Source: a virus
DNA: 64,000 nucleotides
Reading direction: 5' to 3' (one strand)
IMG/VR virus record: IMGVR_UViG_3300022752_002834
Coordinates: 1 to 64,000 of that record
Shown here: piece after piece, positions 50,323 to 59,276 of the stretch
Layout of the letters: every line of letters starts with the position of its first letter
How positions within the stretch are numbered: position 1 is the first letter of the stretch
Notes under the pieces: generated by a model
Told to the model about the DNA's origin: nothing
What the model saw: the letters and a program-made list of their open reading frames with translations, nothing else
The model's database searches: none
Program-made: the position numbers and the translations under genes

Positions 50323-51433
50323 TTAATTCTTCCTTTATAAGTTGTCCAACTTTTTGATAAGAGAATTGTTCGCCCCTCTTTAAGCCATCTTTATTTTTTG
50401 ATTTCCTGTTTTCGTAATAAAATCTCATCGCTTTTTTAATTTCAAGCTCATTCGGAATGAACCAATTATCATGTCCAGTAAATAGATCTTGGAAAGCTGG
50501 ATTTCTGTGATTACAAATGCCCTTTATTCCATCGATCAACCATCCAGTATTTTTGTTATTTGGATCTATAAACTCTTTTGGACCACCTTCATTGCTACAA
50601 ATAGGGGTATTGCCAAAGCACATAGCGTCAAAAGCCGGAATAGACCAGCCCTCTCCGTGCGTAGGACCAACGTAACAATCACAAGACAAATGCAGTATGT
50701 TCATTTGTTCATCAGTAAAGTCCTCTGTGATGAGTATCTCTGTGTTGTAACCGTCTAAATTTTTGTGTAATCTCAATTCATTTTTTACTCTGTCACAAAT
50801 TTTCCCCATTTCAGACCTTAAAAGGTCTTTGTCAACGCCATTCTTTTTTATCTTCAAAACTAAAAGAACAGGCTCATTAGAATTAAATTCTGAATGAAAA
50901 CATCTAATGATCGATTCAATATTCTTCCTGTCATCGATTTCACAAACAAAATAAAATTTGAATGTGTGATTTTTCCCATGAAAACTAAGCCTATTTTTAG
51001 TATCTATATACTTGGTTAAATCAAAAGCGTGTGGTATCACTCTTATAGACTTCTTATCAAATCCATCATTAATGAGATTATTTTTTGAATCTTGATTTGG
51101 AACCCATATCTCATCTAATAAAGATAGACTATTGCTCCAATTATGGAGTCCTACAGAATCTGTTTCCGATACAAAATATCCAATATTTTTCTTAAATTTT
51201 TGAGTCCCTACCATATGATGAGGTAAAATGTGTTGGATACAATAATCGATATCTTGTAAATTTTTCTTCTCTAATTCTAATATGTCTTTTGTTAGTTCTG
51301 GTTGTACCTCTGTTAACTTTATGTCTCTACAAACAACATCTATATCTGTAGTTTGTATAGCCTTAATTAATCCGACAGCCGCTCTTGACCATCCGCTATT
51401 TTCTTTATAGTGTCCTATGTACAAAAGTTTCAT
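50315..51433 (-). CDS. GT4 glycosyltransferase
   Basis: DEIWVP, RKNI, DCYVGPTHGEGWSIPAFDAMCFG. Confidence 0.9.
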   Translation of the reverse strand: MKLLYIGHYKENSGWSRAAVGLIKAIQTTDIDVVCRDIKLTEVQPELTKDILELEKKNLQDIDYCIQHILPHHMVGTQKFKKNIGYFVSETDSVGLHNWSNSLSLLDEIWVPNQDSKNNLINDGFDKKSIRVIPHAFDLTKYIDTKNRLSFHGKNHTFKFYFVCEIDDRKNIESIIRCFHSEFNSNEPVLLVLKIKKNGVDKDLLRSEMGKICDRVKNELRLHKNLDGYNTEILITEDFTDEQMNILHLSCDCYVGPTHGEGWSIPAFDAMCFGNTPICSNEGGPKEFIDPNNKNTGWLIDGIKGICNHRNPAFQDLFTGHDNWFIPNELEIKKAMRFYYENRKSKNKDGLKRGEQFSYQKVGQLIKEELNG

Positions 51434-53088
51434 TTTATATCAAAAGCCTCCGCTCTTTTTTGTTCCCAAAAGTTTCTTCTATTACATAGAGCCAACATAG
51501 AATTATACGCCGCGTTAAAATCGAATGGATTTCGTGCCATTTGTCCATCAAACGCTGCTGAACTTTCATTAAAATACATGCCACCAGTAACCGATGTGGT
51601 AGTTTTATACATCAAGTCTCTTATTAGTCTTGCTTCAAGATAAGAATTTAATCTTTCTGGTTCGCACAATACATTGGTGATTAACCACTTGGCTAACTTA
51701 TCGTGTTCTATGTTTGGTGGTAAATTATCTGGTTTTTGTTCTGGTCTTCGTATTCTTGGTGGAGATTTCCAAGTAAATTCTTCTGGCACAATCTCTACGC
51801 TATCAAAATAATCTTCCCAAGCCTTACCGCTTTTATTCCACTGGTAGTGCTTTTCAAAAGCTTCTCTTGTGGTTCTACCATAAGCTTGTCTTTCTTCTTC
51901 AGATAACTTAAAGAAATTTACCATTAAATCAGAAGCAAGGTCATTGTCTGGAACTGCTCTTAAACAGCCCGTTTCTAATTCTTTGTACAAAGCTTTTGGC
52001 TTAACTGGAATTCCTCCAAGGTTTCTAACAACGCTTTCCATTGCGGAATAATCGGTTGCCATTACAGGCACACCACACGCTGCTGCTTCGACTTGTGGTA
52101 ATCCAAACCCTTCACAGTTTGCATATTGAACATAAAGATCAAACATATTCATGATCTTAGAAAGATCTTCATATTCTGCACCATTCTTTACGTTTGATAG
52201 TGTAGCACCATATTTATTTGTATATGGAGACTGCGTGACTGCCCCTCTAAATAAGGATACGAATGGCTTACCGGTCTGTCCACAAATATATGTAAAATAT
52301 ACCTTAGATGACAACCCGTGTTGTTGTAATAATTCTGGTATATCCCAACCCAAATCGGGATAACTTGTATGGCAATATAAGAAATACTTGTGTGGGTTAT
52401 CTACTTTGGATAGAAGCAACTTGAATGCTTCAAATAAATCTGGGTATAATTTTCTTCTTTGATTTCTCATGACTGTTCCTACTATGAAACAATCTTCATC
52501 TAAACCCATAGATACTCTTAGTTCTTTTTTGTTTTGTGGTTTATAAGCCGCATGTGCTGACGGTGGAGATATTCCCAAATAATTTATTTTGCCGCCAGAC
52601 TGAGACTGAAGAACATCACCCGCCCATTCAGAATATGTAAGACAAGCATCTGCTGATTGATAAGTTGCTACCCACTGTCTAGCCTGTGGTCTAGCATCTA
52701 CCGTTGGCATAATGCACCACTTATAGAATGGCCTAAATGGAGAACGTTCTTCAAAGTCCAACATCCAAAAGTCTCTGATATCGCAAACAACATCTGGTTT
52801 AAAATCTAAGCACACAGGCTCAAACATTAGTTCACCAAATGCAGCAATGGGATGTGATTGATACTGCTTCTTTTCTTCTTCCGAAGATTGCTGATTAGGA
52901 ACAACGCCATAAAACTTCCAAGGAATATTTTCTGCTCTTGGATCGTTTTTTTCGCCATAACAAGCTAATTCAGCCAACTCATATTTACCAGTACTGTATA
53001 AATAATTGAGTATTTCTCTAGTATAGGTTGCGTAGCCAGTATTTAAAAATGTGGCTTCGCTACAGAACAGTATTCTTTTTTTTCTCAT
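51430..53088 (-). CDS. GT4 glycosyltransferase
   Basis: TGYA, RNQRRK, DLYVQYANCEGFGLPQVEAAACGVPV. Confidence 0.9.
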   Translation of the reverse strand: MRKKRILFCSEATFLNTGYATYTREILNYLYSTGKYELAELACYGEKNDPRAENIPWKFYGVVPNQQSSEEEKKQYQSHPIAAFGELMFEPVCLDFKPDVVCDIRDFWMLDFEERSPFRPFYKWCIMPTVDARPQARQWVATYQSADACLTYSEWAGDVLQSQSGGKINYLGISPPSAHAAYKPQNKKELRVSMGLDEDCFIVGTVMRNQRRKLYPDLFEAFKLLLSKVDNPHKYFLYCHTSYPDLGWDIPELLQQHGLSSKVYFTYICGQTGKPFVSLFRGAVTQSPYTNKYGATLSNVKNGAEYEDLSKIMNMFDLYVQYANCEGFGLPQVEAAACGVPVMATDYSAMESVVRNLGGIPVKPKALYKELETGCLRAVPDNDLASDLMVNFFKLSEEERQAYGRTTREAFEKHYQWNKSGKAWEDYFDSVEIVPEEFTWKSPPRIRRPEQKPDNLPPNIEHDKLAKWLITNVLCEPERLNSYLEARLIRDLMYKTTTSVTGGMYFNESSAAFDGQMARNPFDFNAAYNSMLALCNRRNFWEQKRAEAFDIK

Positions 53089-53091
53089 TTT

Positions 53092-53403
53092 TTAATCTTC
53101 AAAGTCTTGGTTACAGAAATCGAACTCATTAATTCTAAAAACTATTTGATCATCTTCTTTTGAGATATTTTTTGCAGAGGCGTGAACTACTAATTTCGTT
53201 CCTTTGGTGGCATATTTTTCAAGGGTTTCTGCCCCAGTGTGCCAAGCCTCGCAATGTATGTATGTGGGAATTCTATTCTTTTCGCCAGTTTTGGTTTTTC
53301 TATATGTATAGACAACCATTAAAAAATCAGCTTTTACTATGTCACCAGACATAGATATTCTTGGGTTTTCTACAAGATACCCAGTAAACGAACAAATATT
53401 CAT
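53092..53403 (-). CDS. ssb: Single-stranded DNA-binding protein (short OB fold)
   Basis: MNICSFTGYLVENP...YIHCEAW..GAE...KGTKL, acidic C-terminal tail, AGGAG RBS. Confidence 0.8.
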   Translation of the reverse strand: MNICSFTGYLVENPRISMSGDIVKADFLMVVYTYRKTKTGEKNRIPTYIHCEAWHTGAETLEKYATKGTKLVVHASAKNISKEDDQIVFRINEFDFCNQDFED

Positions 53404-53458
53404 CTCAAAAATTCTCCTATCTTAGTATTTTAGATGTAACAAGCTAAAAAAAACACTG

Positions 53459-55036
53459 TCAAGTTTCATGAATTTGTTCAATGATAAAAGACGAGTCATT
53501 ATTATTGACGTATCCACAAAAAATTAGATTATTCCCTTCATAAAGAATGTACTTGTATTTCTCTTTAATTTTGGGGAAAATTATAACACTATCTAAGGTT
53601 GCTGTTTCGTCCTCTATTGTTAAAAAGGACATCATTTGTCCCTTAGATTCACCCTTCTTTATTTTGTAATCCGCAACACGCTGCACGTTTGCTACTATGC
53701 ACAAATTCTTTCCCTTCTTACCGTTCACAACATCTTTGCATGTTGTATTAGCGGCAGATGTATCAGATGTTTCAACTTTTGTCATACTAACTGGACAACC
53801 CAAAAACTTTACTTCTTGATCTATTAACCAAGATGGATCATCTTTCAAGTCATATGGTGGACTATTAAGCAACTGAATTTCATTAAGAATAACTTGTTTT
53901 CTGTCAGCTTTGCTTGTGCCTCCACCCTCTTTTTTTGTTGGTGCTAAGTCGGTTAGAGCCTCTACCAGACTACTCCACTGTTTTTGCTTGTAATTATTTA
54001 CTAACCAAGTATGTTCTGATTTTGTTAAAGATTTGAAGATCTCATAATCATACAAGGCTTTATTTCTTGAAATGCTATCTTTGAATCCACGGAAAAACCC
54101 TATAGATGCTAAAGCTTTAAATGATGCAGAATTTACGCTTGGACTTAGAAATAATAGTATTTCTACCCAAGTCAACTCTTTTGTTTTTTTATTCAAATCC
54201 TTCTTGACTATTTCAAGGCTCTCCACAAAGCTATCACCGGTTTTACCAGTTAATGATTTGATATCTTTTATACCAAAGTAAATTGTATCATTTTTGATAT
54301 TGAATTTATCGTGATAATTTACTATGCTTGGGGTTTTGACCTTAATATCAAATAGCTTTGCTTCTGATATTAGTTCATAAATTTCTTGGTGTGGATCTTG
54401 CTTCTCGTTTGCATAATACAAATAAGACAAGAAGAATTCTTTAGTATTATGAGCTTTATAATATGCACTCCAGTATGAACATACAGCATACGACACGCTG
54501 TGAGACTTATTGAATGCATATCTAGATGACTTTTCTATCCATCCGAATATCTGTTCCGCTTCTTCTTTAGATACTGTTCCAACGCGTTCAGCACCCGCTA
54601 TAAATGATTTCTTGACCTCGTTCATGAGATCAGCCTTTTTCTTTCCAATGGCCTTACGAAGAACGTCAGCCTCTTGTAGATTGAAACCAGCGATCTTTTG
54701 GGCAATACGCATGGACTGTTCTTGATACACAAGAACGCCATAGGTTGACTTCAATATTTCTTCTAATGCTGGATGTAAATAAGTAACTTCTTCCCGACCA
54801 TGTTTTCTATCAACATAGTGCTGTGTCATGCTTTTGCCGTCAACATATGCCTTCAATGTTCCCGGCCTAATGATAGCAATAAGAGCAGACAATTCTTCTA
54901 TGTTTGTTGGTGCTAATTTCTTAGCCCAAGATTTGCCTAGATTACTTTCAAGCTGAAAGATGCCCTTGGTTTTTCCTTCTGCAAATAATTGCCAAGTTAA
55001 CTTATCATTATAGTTCATCATTTTGTAAATACTCAA
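53459..55036 (-). CDS. dnaE: DNA polymerase III alpha, C-terminal half (fingers/HhH/OB)
   Basis: GIFQLES, IRPG, TYGVLVYQEQ, ADVLRKAIGKK, YAFNKSHS and an OB fold (MSFLTIED). Likely ATG at 55021 or 55018. Confidence 0.92.
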   Translation of the reverse strand: MSIYKMMNYNDKLTWQLFAEGKTKGIFQLESNLGKSWAKKLAPTNIEELSALIAIIRPGTLKAYVDGKSMTQHYVDRKHGREEVTYLHPALEEILKSTYGVLVYQEQSMRIAQKIAGFNLQEADVLRKAIGKKKADLMNEVKKSFIAGAERVGTVSKEEAEQIFGWIEKSSRYAFNKSHSVSYAVCSYWSAYYKAHNTKEFFLSYLYYANEKQDPHQEIYELISEAKLFDIKVKTPSIVNYHDKFNIKNDTIYFGIKDIKSLTGKTGDSFVESLEIVKKDLNKKTKELTWVEILLFLSPSVNSASFKALASIGFFRGFKDSISRNKALYDYEIFKSLTKSEHTWLVNNYKQKQWSSLVEALTDLAPTKKEGGGTSKADRKQVILNEIQLLNSPPYDLKDDPSWLIDQEVKFLGCPVSMTKVETSDTSAANTTCKDVVNGKKGKNLCIVANVQRVADYKIKKGESKGQMMSFLTIEDETATLDSVIIFPKIKEKYKYILYEGNNLIFCGYVNNNDSSFIIEQIHET

Positions 55037-55382
55037 TAGCCTTCTGCAATATTACTCTATTGTCCTTAAACGCACCTATTCCCATGTTGCAATTGTGGCA
55101 CAACCATCCTCTGAATTTATTAGTATCATGATTATGATCTAATACCCATCTTGTGCTTTTATTACCTCCACCAGATGATATTTGTTCTTCATTCCTATTA
55201 CATATGGGACACTTATAATTTTCTGGTGGATTACCGTGTTCTTTTCGTAGTTCTTTTCTTTGTTTGCTCAATAAATTGTTGCATCTTTTGCACTCTGGTC
55301 TGAGATAATTACTAGCACTATGTTTACTAAACTCAGAAATTGGCAAATCTTGTTTACATTTATTGCACTTTTTATTTGACAT
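55008..55382 (-). CDS. Endonuclease VII-family (His-Me) endonuclease, probably homing
   Basis: CNKC...CKRC zinc finger; CPIC...LDHNH...RGWLCHNCNMGIG. Likely start 55382 (track start 55412). Confidence 0.85.
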   Translation of the reverse strand: MSNKKCNKCKQDLPISEFSKHSASNYLRPECKRCNNLLSKQRKELRKEHGNPPENYKCPICNRNEEQISSGGGNKSTRWVLDHNHDTNKFRGWLCHNCNMGIGAFKDNRVILQKAIEYLQNDEL

Positions 55383-56052
55383 ACAAGCCGCCGTTAGCAA
55401 AAGCTTTATCAAAATTCATGTTTTGGTAGATAGCTCTATGAGTTTTCATGAGCTTAATGAATATGTTAGCTTCGTCTTTTACGTCTTGCAATGCGTCGTG
55501 AGCATTTTCTTTACTAAGTCCCATTCTTTCCCTTAATGCATCCATGCTTATAGATTTTACAGATGGATCGCTTTCTGTCCAAGCAAAAATATTATCCATT
55601 ATATCGAACTTATAAACTTTACTGAATAGTTTTTGCTGCCGACGATCCTTATCCCAAGGACCAAATTGTTCACATAGTCTGTTTATAATTATCATATCGA
55701 ATGATATAATGTTAAAACCAACTGGGATCGGATTAAAAAATGCATCGCCCTTCCAATTATACTGTAAAACAAATTTAGAAAATTTATCCCACACAGACTT
55801 TAGTGCCGGTGCTTTTTCAAGAGATTCTCTAGTTTTGTTGGTGATCTTTAATGCTTCGTCCTCTACTGGATCTAAACCAGCGGCTATAGCCTTTTCTTCA
55901 TCAAAGATTGGCTGTATCTCACTGTTAAATTGACCCTTGACAGAAAAGTTTCTTCCATCTAATGCCAATGCTGCGATCTGCGTTGGTTGAGTCTTGTGTG
56001 GATTGCGTGATCCCGTTTCAAAATCGAACACGACAAAATCTCTTGTAGCCAT
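55372..56052 (-). CDS. DEDDh 3'-5' exonuclease (DnaQ/epsilon-like)
   Basis: VFDFETG, GFNIISFD and AHDALQDV motifs. Confidence 0.9.
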   Translation of the reverse strand: MATRDFVVFDFETGSRNPHKTQPTQIAALALDGRNFSVKGQFNSEIQPIFDEEKAIAAGLDPVEDEALKITNKTRESLEKAPALKSVWDKFSKFVLQYNWKGDAFFNPIPVGFNIISFDMIIINRLCEQFGPWDKDRRQQKLFSKVYKFDIMDNIFAWTESDPSVKSISMDALRERMGLSKENAHDALQDVKDEANIFIKLMKTHRAIYQNMNFDKAFANGGLYVK

Positions 56053-56057
56053 ATTGT

Positions 56058-56675
56058 TTATCCTATCTTTCTATCCAAATGTGTTAATGTTTGATATATA
56101 TCTGATTTTTGATTTTGCAATACAATGGCCTCGCAAAAATCTAAAAACTCTCTCTCGCCCATATTTCCCTTCATAATATTAACTCTTTTATGCACCCATT
56201 GAACATTTCCCTCTATATAAGGTAGCGACGGATCAATTCTGTCTAGCGATGCGTTAGCCTGTCCCATTCTATGTTCTAGATTGTTTCTTGAGAAGAACAA
56301 AAGTAATCCTGTGTATTTACATTTTCTATCTTGACTTAAAAATAATTCCCATATATATTCATTGGTTACATGGTAATCAATTTTCCTTTTTCTTGCTCCA
56401 GCCTTAATAGAAGATAAAAAAGCCCCCTGCATCTCTTTGTGTCCCGTATATTTAGGATTTTCTTCCCCACTAAGATAACATTTCTTTTTTCTAAATTTTA
56501 CGCCATTAGATTTTAATATCTTCTGAATTTTCTTTGGGTATGAATTCAACTCTATTGCTATCGCTCTTGGGCTTTTACCATTCTTATATTGTTCTATTAT
56601 ATATGTATGGTCTAAGTCTTGTGCAAATTTTTTATCCGGTAAGAATCTTCCCTTATCGTTTCTTTTTAGTGTCAT
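56058..56675 (-). CDS. HNH-like (His-Me) endonuclease with N-terminal HTH, probably homing
   Basis: CKYTG...ASLDRIDP...YIEGNVQWVHKRVNIMK. ATG 56675 has an AAGGAG RBS; the track's GTG start at 56717 coincides with the GTGTATA motif. Confidence 0.8.
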   Translation of the reverse strand: MTLKRNDKGRFLPDKKFAQDLDHTYIIEQYKNGKSPRAIAIELNSYPKKIQKILKSNGVKFRKKKCYLSGEENPKYTGHKEMQGAFLSSIKAGARKRKIDYHVTNEYIWELFLSQDRKCKYTGLLLFFSRNNLEHRMGQANASLDRIDPSLPYIEGNVQWVHKRVNIMKGNMGEREFLDFCEAIVLQNQKSDIYQTLTHLDRKIG

Positions 56676-56710
56676 TTTATTCTCCTTGTTTAAGACCTGT
56701 CTCAATGTCT

Positions 56711-56723
56711 TATACACGGAAAT
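56711..56723 (-). promoter_or_regulatory. Putative late promoter ATTTCCGTGTATA
   Basis: Resembles ATTTCGTGTATA at 6152 and 38925; lies between the dnaE-N stop and the HNH RBS. Confidence 0.55.
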
Positions 56724-56726
56724 ATT

Positions 56727-58355
56727 TTAAAACTGGTTAATATGTTGTTTATCTTTGATATACATAATTTTATCAAGCAAATTGATTCCTAGAATATCAA
56801 ATTTCACATGACCAAGAGCCTCTAAATCTGACATTTCTAATCCGGCTATCTTTTCGCCCGATCCCCTTTGATTCACCATTGGACATACATTACTTAATTT
56901 ATTTGCTGAAATAACAATACCAGCAGCGTGTTTTCCTTGGGTTTTAAAAGTACCCTCTATATCTATTGCTTGTTGAAAGTATTCAGCATACTCACCATCT
57001 AGTCTTCCATCGTCATTAATATAACAAAAATCTCTTAACTCATCAGCATTGTTGATTAACGCCCAGCGTATGATAGATCTTTCGTCATCTTCCATGTCTG
57101 CCAACTGGTCAGAAATTTCTGCTTCATTAGGTATTGATTTAGTTATAGCATTCATTTCTGCAAAAGAACAGGCTTCATGTATTCTCAATACTTCCTTGAT
57201 AGCACTTCTTCCTTGCAATCTACCAAATGTGATCATTTGACTAACATGATCTTTTCCATACTTATTTTTTAAATAGGCTATAACTTCATCCCTTTTGTTA
57301 CCCGGAACGTCCATATCTATATCTGGTAGCGATATATGATCTTGTGTATTTCTTCCAGCGTTGTAGAATCTTGCAAATAGTAAATCATATTCTAGAGGAT
57401 CTATCTTAGTAACACCAATAAGATATGAGATTAGACATCCCGCAGCACTTCCTCTTCCCGGTCCAGACAACCAACCCATATCATTTACATATTTGATAAT
57501 GTCTTGAACTATCAAGAAATATCCGAATAGATTAGCACTCTTAATAATATCAAACTCTTCTTTGAATCTATCTAGGTATTTTTGCTTATCTTCTTCTGTC
57601 GATACTTTATCCTGCGATATTAAGAGTGTTCTCCATCCTTCTCTGCATAGTTCTTTTAGATATTCTTCTTCTGACTGATTGTTAGGACATTGAAACTTTG
57701 GAAGAATCGGTTTACTCAAGATATTATAGTCTTCGCATTGGTTATATATTGATTCTAGTTCTGCTGTATTTAAGTTCTTAGACTCGTCTTTGTTTAAAAC
57801 ATAAAAGTTATCTTGCATAAAGTACACAAGCTTATCCATATGTTCTTGAGGATATTTTGAATCTACGCTTACACCGCCAAGACGATCTGGTTTTATTGTT
57901 TTTTGAATCTTAGTTAGCGTTGTCTTCATGTCTGAACACAATAAAATTCTATGCAGTTTAGCGTCTTTCTTTTCTGCATAATAACTGTGTGGAATATCTT
58001 TTGATGATGAAGAACTAAGTTTGATCAAATTATTTCTAGACAAGGTTTTATCCAAAAAATCTTTTGCAAGTTCTCCATTTTCATCCAAAGACGAAACTAA
58101 AGAAATTAGATCGTTCCAACCACTCTTATTCTTTGCAAAAAGAGTAAAATTATCAAATGAGCATCCTATGATTGGCTTGATGCCAACCTTTTTACATGCT
58201 TGATAAAACGATACAGCTCCAGATATTGTCTTATAATCGCAAATACCACAAGCTACATATCCGTTGTCCTTGCACTTAGCAGCAAGCTCTTCTGGCTTAG
58301 AAAAACCACGCAATAGACTATAATGTGTAAAATTTTTCAATGGAAACCAAGACAT
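56727..58355 (-). CDS. dnaE: DNA polymerase III alpha, N-terminal half (degenerate PHP + palm/thumb)
   Basis: THYSLL, IKPIIG, GPGRGSAAG, FARF, PDIDMD, GKHAAG and KFDILG, then a stop. Likely start 58355 with a GAGG RBS. Confidence 0.92.
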   Translation of the reverse strand: MSWFPLKNFTHYSLLRGFSKPEELAAKCKDNGYVACGICDYKTISGAVSFYQACKKVGIKPIIGCSFDNFTLFAKNKSGWNDLISLVSSLDENGELAKDFLDKTLSRNNLIKLSSSSSKDIPHSYYAEKKDAKLHRILLCSDMKTTLTKIQKTIKPDRLGGVSVDSKYPQEHMDKLVYFMQDNFYVLNKDESKNLNTAELESIYNQCEDYNILSKPILPKFQCPNNQSEEEYLKELCREGWRTLLISQDKVSTEEDKQKYLDRFKEEFDIIKSANLFGYFLIVQDIIKYVNDMGWLSGPGRGSAAGCLISYLIGVTKIDPLEYDLLFARFYNAGRNTQDHISLPDIDMDVPGNKRDEVIAYLKNKYGKDHVSQMITFGRLQGRSAIKEVLRIHEACSFAEMNAITKSIPNEAEISDQLADMEDDERSIIRWALINNADELRDFCYINDDGRLDGEYAEYFQQAIDIEGTFKTQGKHAAGIVISANKLSNVCPMVNQRGSGEKIAGLEMSDLEALGHVKFDILGINLLDKIMYIKDKQHINQF

Positions 58356-58388
58356 ATATTTTCCTCGCAACTAGAACTCAATCAATCT

Positions 58389-58417
58389 ATTATATCAACG
58401 TTAAGCCAAGAAAACAA
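58389..58417 (-). promoter_or_regulatory. Sigma70-like promoter for dnaE-N (TTGTTT-17-TATAAT, extended -10 TG)
   Basis: Minus strand reads ttgttt tcttggcttaacgttga tataat, about 34 nt upstream of ATG 58355. Confidence 0.6.
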
Positions 58418-58444
58418 TGGTGGGCAGTGTCACCCACCAGTGTT
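58409..58444 (-). terminator. Rho-independent terminator ending the 61152-58455 gene run
   Basis: TGGTGGG (58418-58424) / CCCACCA (58433-58439) stem, followed on the minus strand by TTGTTTTCTT. Confidence 0.7.
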
Positions 58445-58454
58445 CTCTATACTA

Positions 58455-58748
58455 TCAACCATTTAATCCAAGTTGTTCTTTACTAGCCTTTGGTAAAGCG
58501 GCAACAAACTCTGGACCCTTGCTTTTGCACTTGTTATAAAGCTTTTTTAGAAATGCTTCGTAACTCATATTGCCTTTCATGCGTCCAAAATTACTAATAG
58601 CATCTTTTACATCTTGTGGAGTTACTATGGGAAATGATCTATCTTCTGGAAAAAGAAAATCACTATCCTTTAGTTCATTGCGTTTCTTACCTTTGTAAGT
58701 TTTTTGATAGGCGTATAAATCTTCTACATCTTGATTAATTTTATTCAT
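58455..58748 (-). CDS. Small conserved phage-module protein (DUF6582-like)
   Basis: RNELKDSDFLFPEDRSFPI...DVKDAI..FGR motif, which recurs in phage head/internal proteins. Confidence 0.6.
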   Translation of the reverse strand: MNKINQDVEDLYAYQKTYKGKKRNELKDSDFLFPEDRSFPIVTPQDVKDAISNFGRMKGNMSYEAFLKKLYNKCKSKGPEFVAALPKASKEQLGLNG

Positions 58749-59181
58749 TATTAGTCTCCGTGTCAGTTAATGGACCGCCAGTTATCCAAGCATCACAAGT
58801 TCTTGATCCAGCACATTTGAAATCAAATAATTCACAATATCCAAGATTTGCTTCACTAACAATTTCTTTAGATATTATCTCTTCATCTATTAATGTGGAT
58901 GCTATTCCCTTTTCTATACATTCTATCATTTTTTCTTTGATTACAAATGCGGCGCAGTTTGAACACCGCATTGTTTTAGCTTCTTCTAACGAAGTTTTAA
59001 ACAAGTCTGCTTTCGCTTGCCAAAAATCATCATTAGATAAATCTGGATTTGCTGGTCCATAGTTTGCCTTATCTACACAAATTTTTCTATTAGCTAGATT
59101 TAGACTAATATCTTGTGTTGCTTGTGGACACTCTATGCGAGCTTTAACTTGTTCAAATAATTCTTTTGTTCTGTCTACCAT
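58741..59181 (-). CDS. Cys-containing conserved phage protein
   Basis: CPQATQD..LNLANR...YGPANP...CSNCAAF...GYC..FDFKCAGSRTCDAW..GGP. Confidence 0.65.
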   Translation of the reverse strand: MVDRTKELFEQVKARIECPQATQDISLNLANRKICVDKANYGPANPDLSNDDFWQAKADLFKTSLEEAKTMRCSNCAAFVIKEKMIECIEKGIASTLIDEEIISKEIVSEANLGYCELFDFKCAGSRTCDAWITGGPLTDTETNNE

Positions 59182-59182
59182 A

Positions 59183-59254
59183 TTACACCTGTAATGATAA
59201 AAAGTTGTCTAGACCCATTTGTTCAATTAGTTTATTCATTGATTTATGTAACAT
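59183..59254 (-). CDS. Small ORF MLHKSMNKLIEQMGLDNFLSLQV (23 aa), absent from the ORF track
   Basis: GGAG RBS 6 nt upstream. Fills the gap, with its stop 1 nt before the next ATG. Confidence 0.45.
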   Translation of the reverse strand: MLHKSMNKLIEQMGLDNFLSLQV

Positions 59255-59276
59255 TGTTTTCTCCATTAAAAGTAAT

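Noticed and set aside
41660-53088. Glycan operon as a DNA hypermodification system
   Set aside because: Downgraded, not excluded. No hydroxymethylase, TET/JBP or DNA methylase is recognisable in the window, the GT set is more complex than needed, and CCWGG avoidance suggests restriction-sensitive DNA.
53427-53456. Possible sigma70 promoter upstream of ssb (TAAAAT with a weak -35)
   Set aside because: The -35 match is poor and the region is very AT-rich; not enough support to list as a feature.
55008-56726. Group I/II intron or split intein rejoining dnaE
   Set aside because: The interval is almost entirely coding with only short gaps, and neither half has intein N-terminal (C/S) or C-terminal (HN) blocks.
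59181-59188. GTGTAATA as another late promoter
   Set aside because: It overlaps the next start codon and the small ORF's stop; better explained as an AGGTG RBS plus stop.
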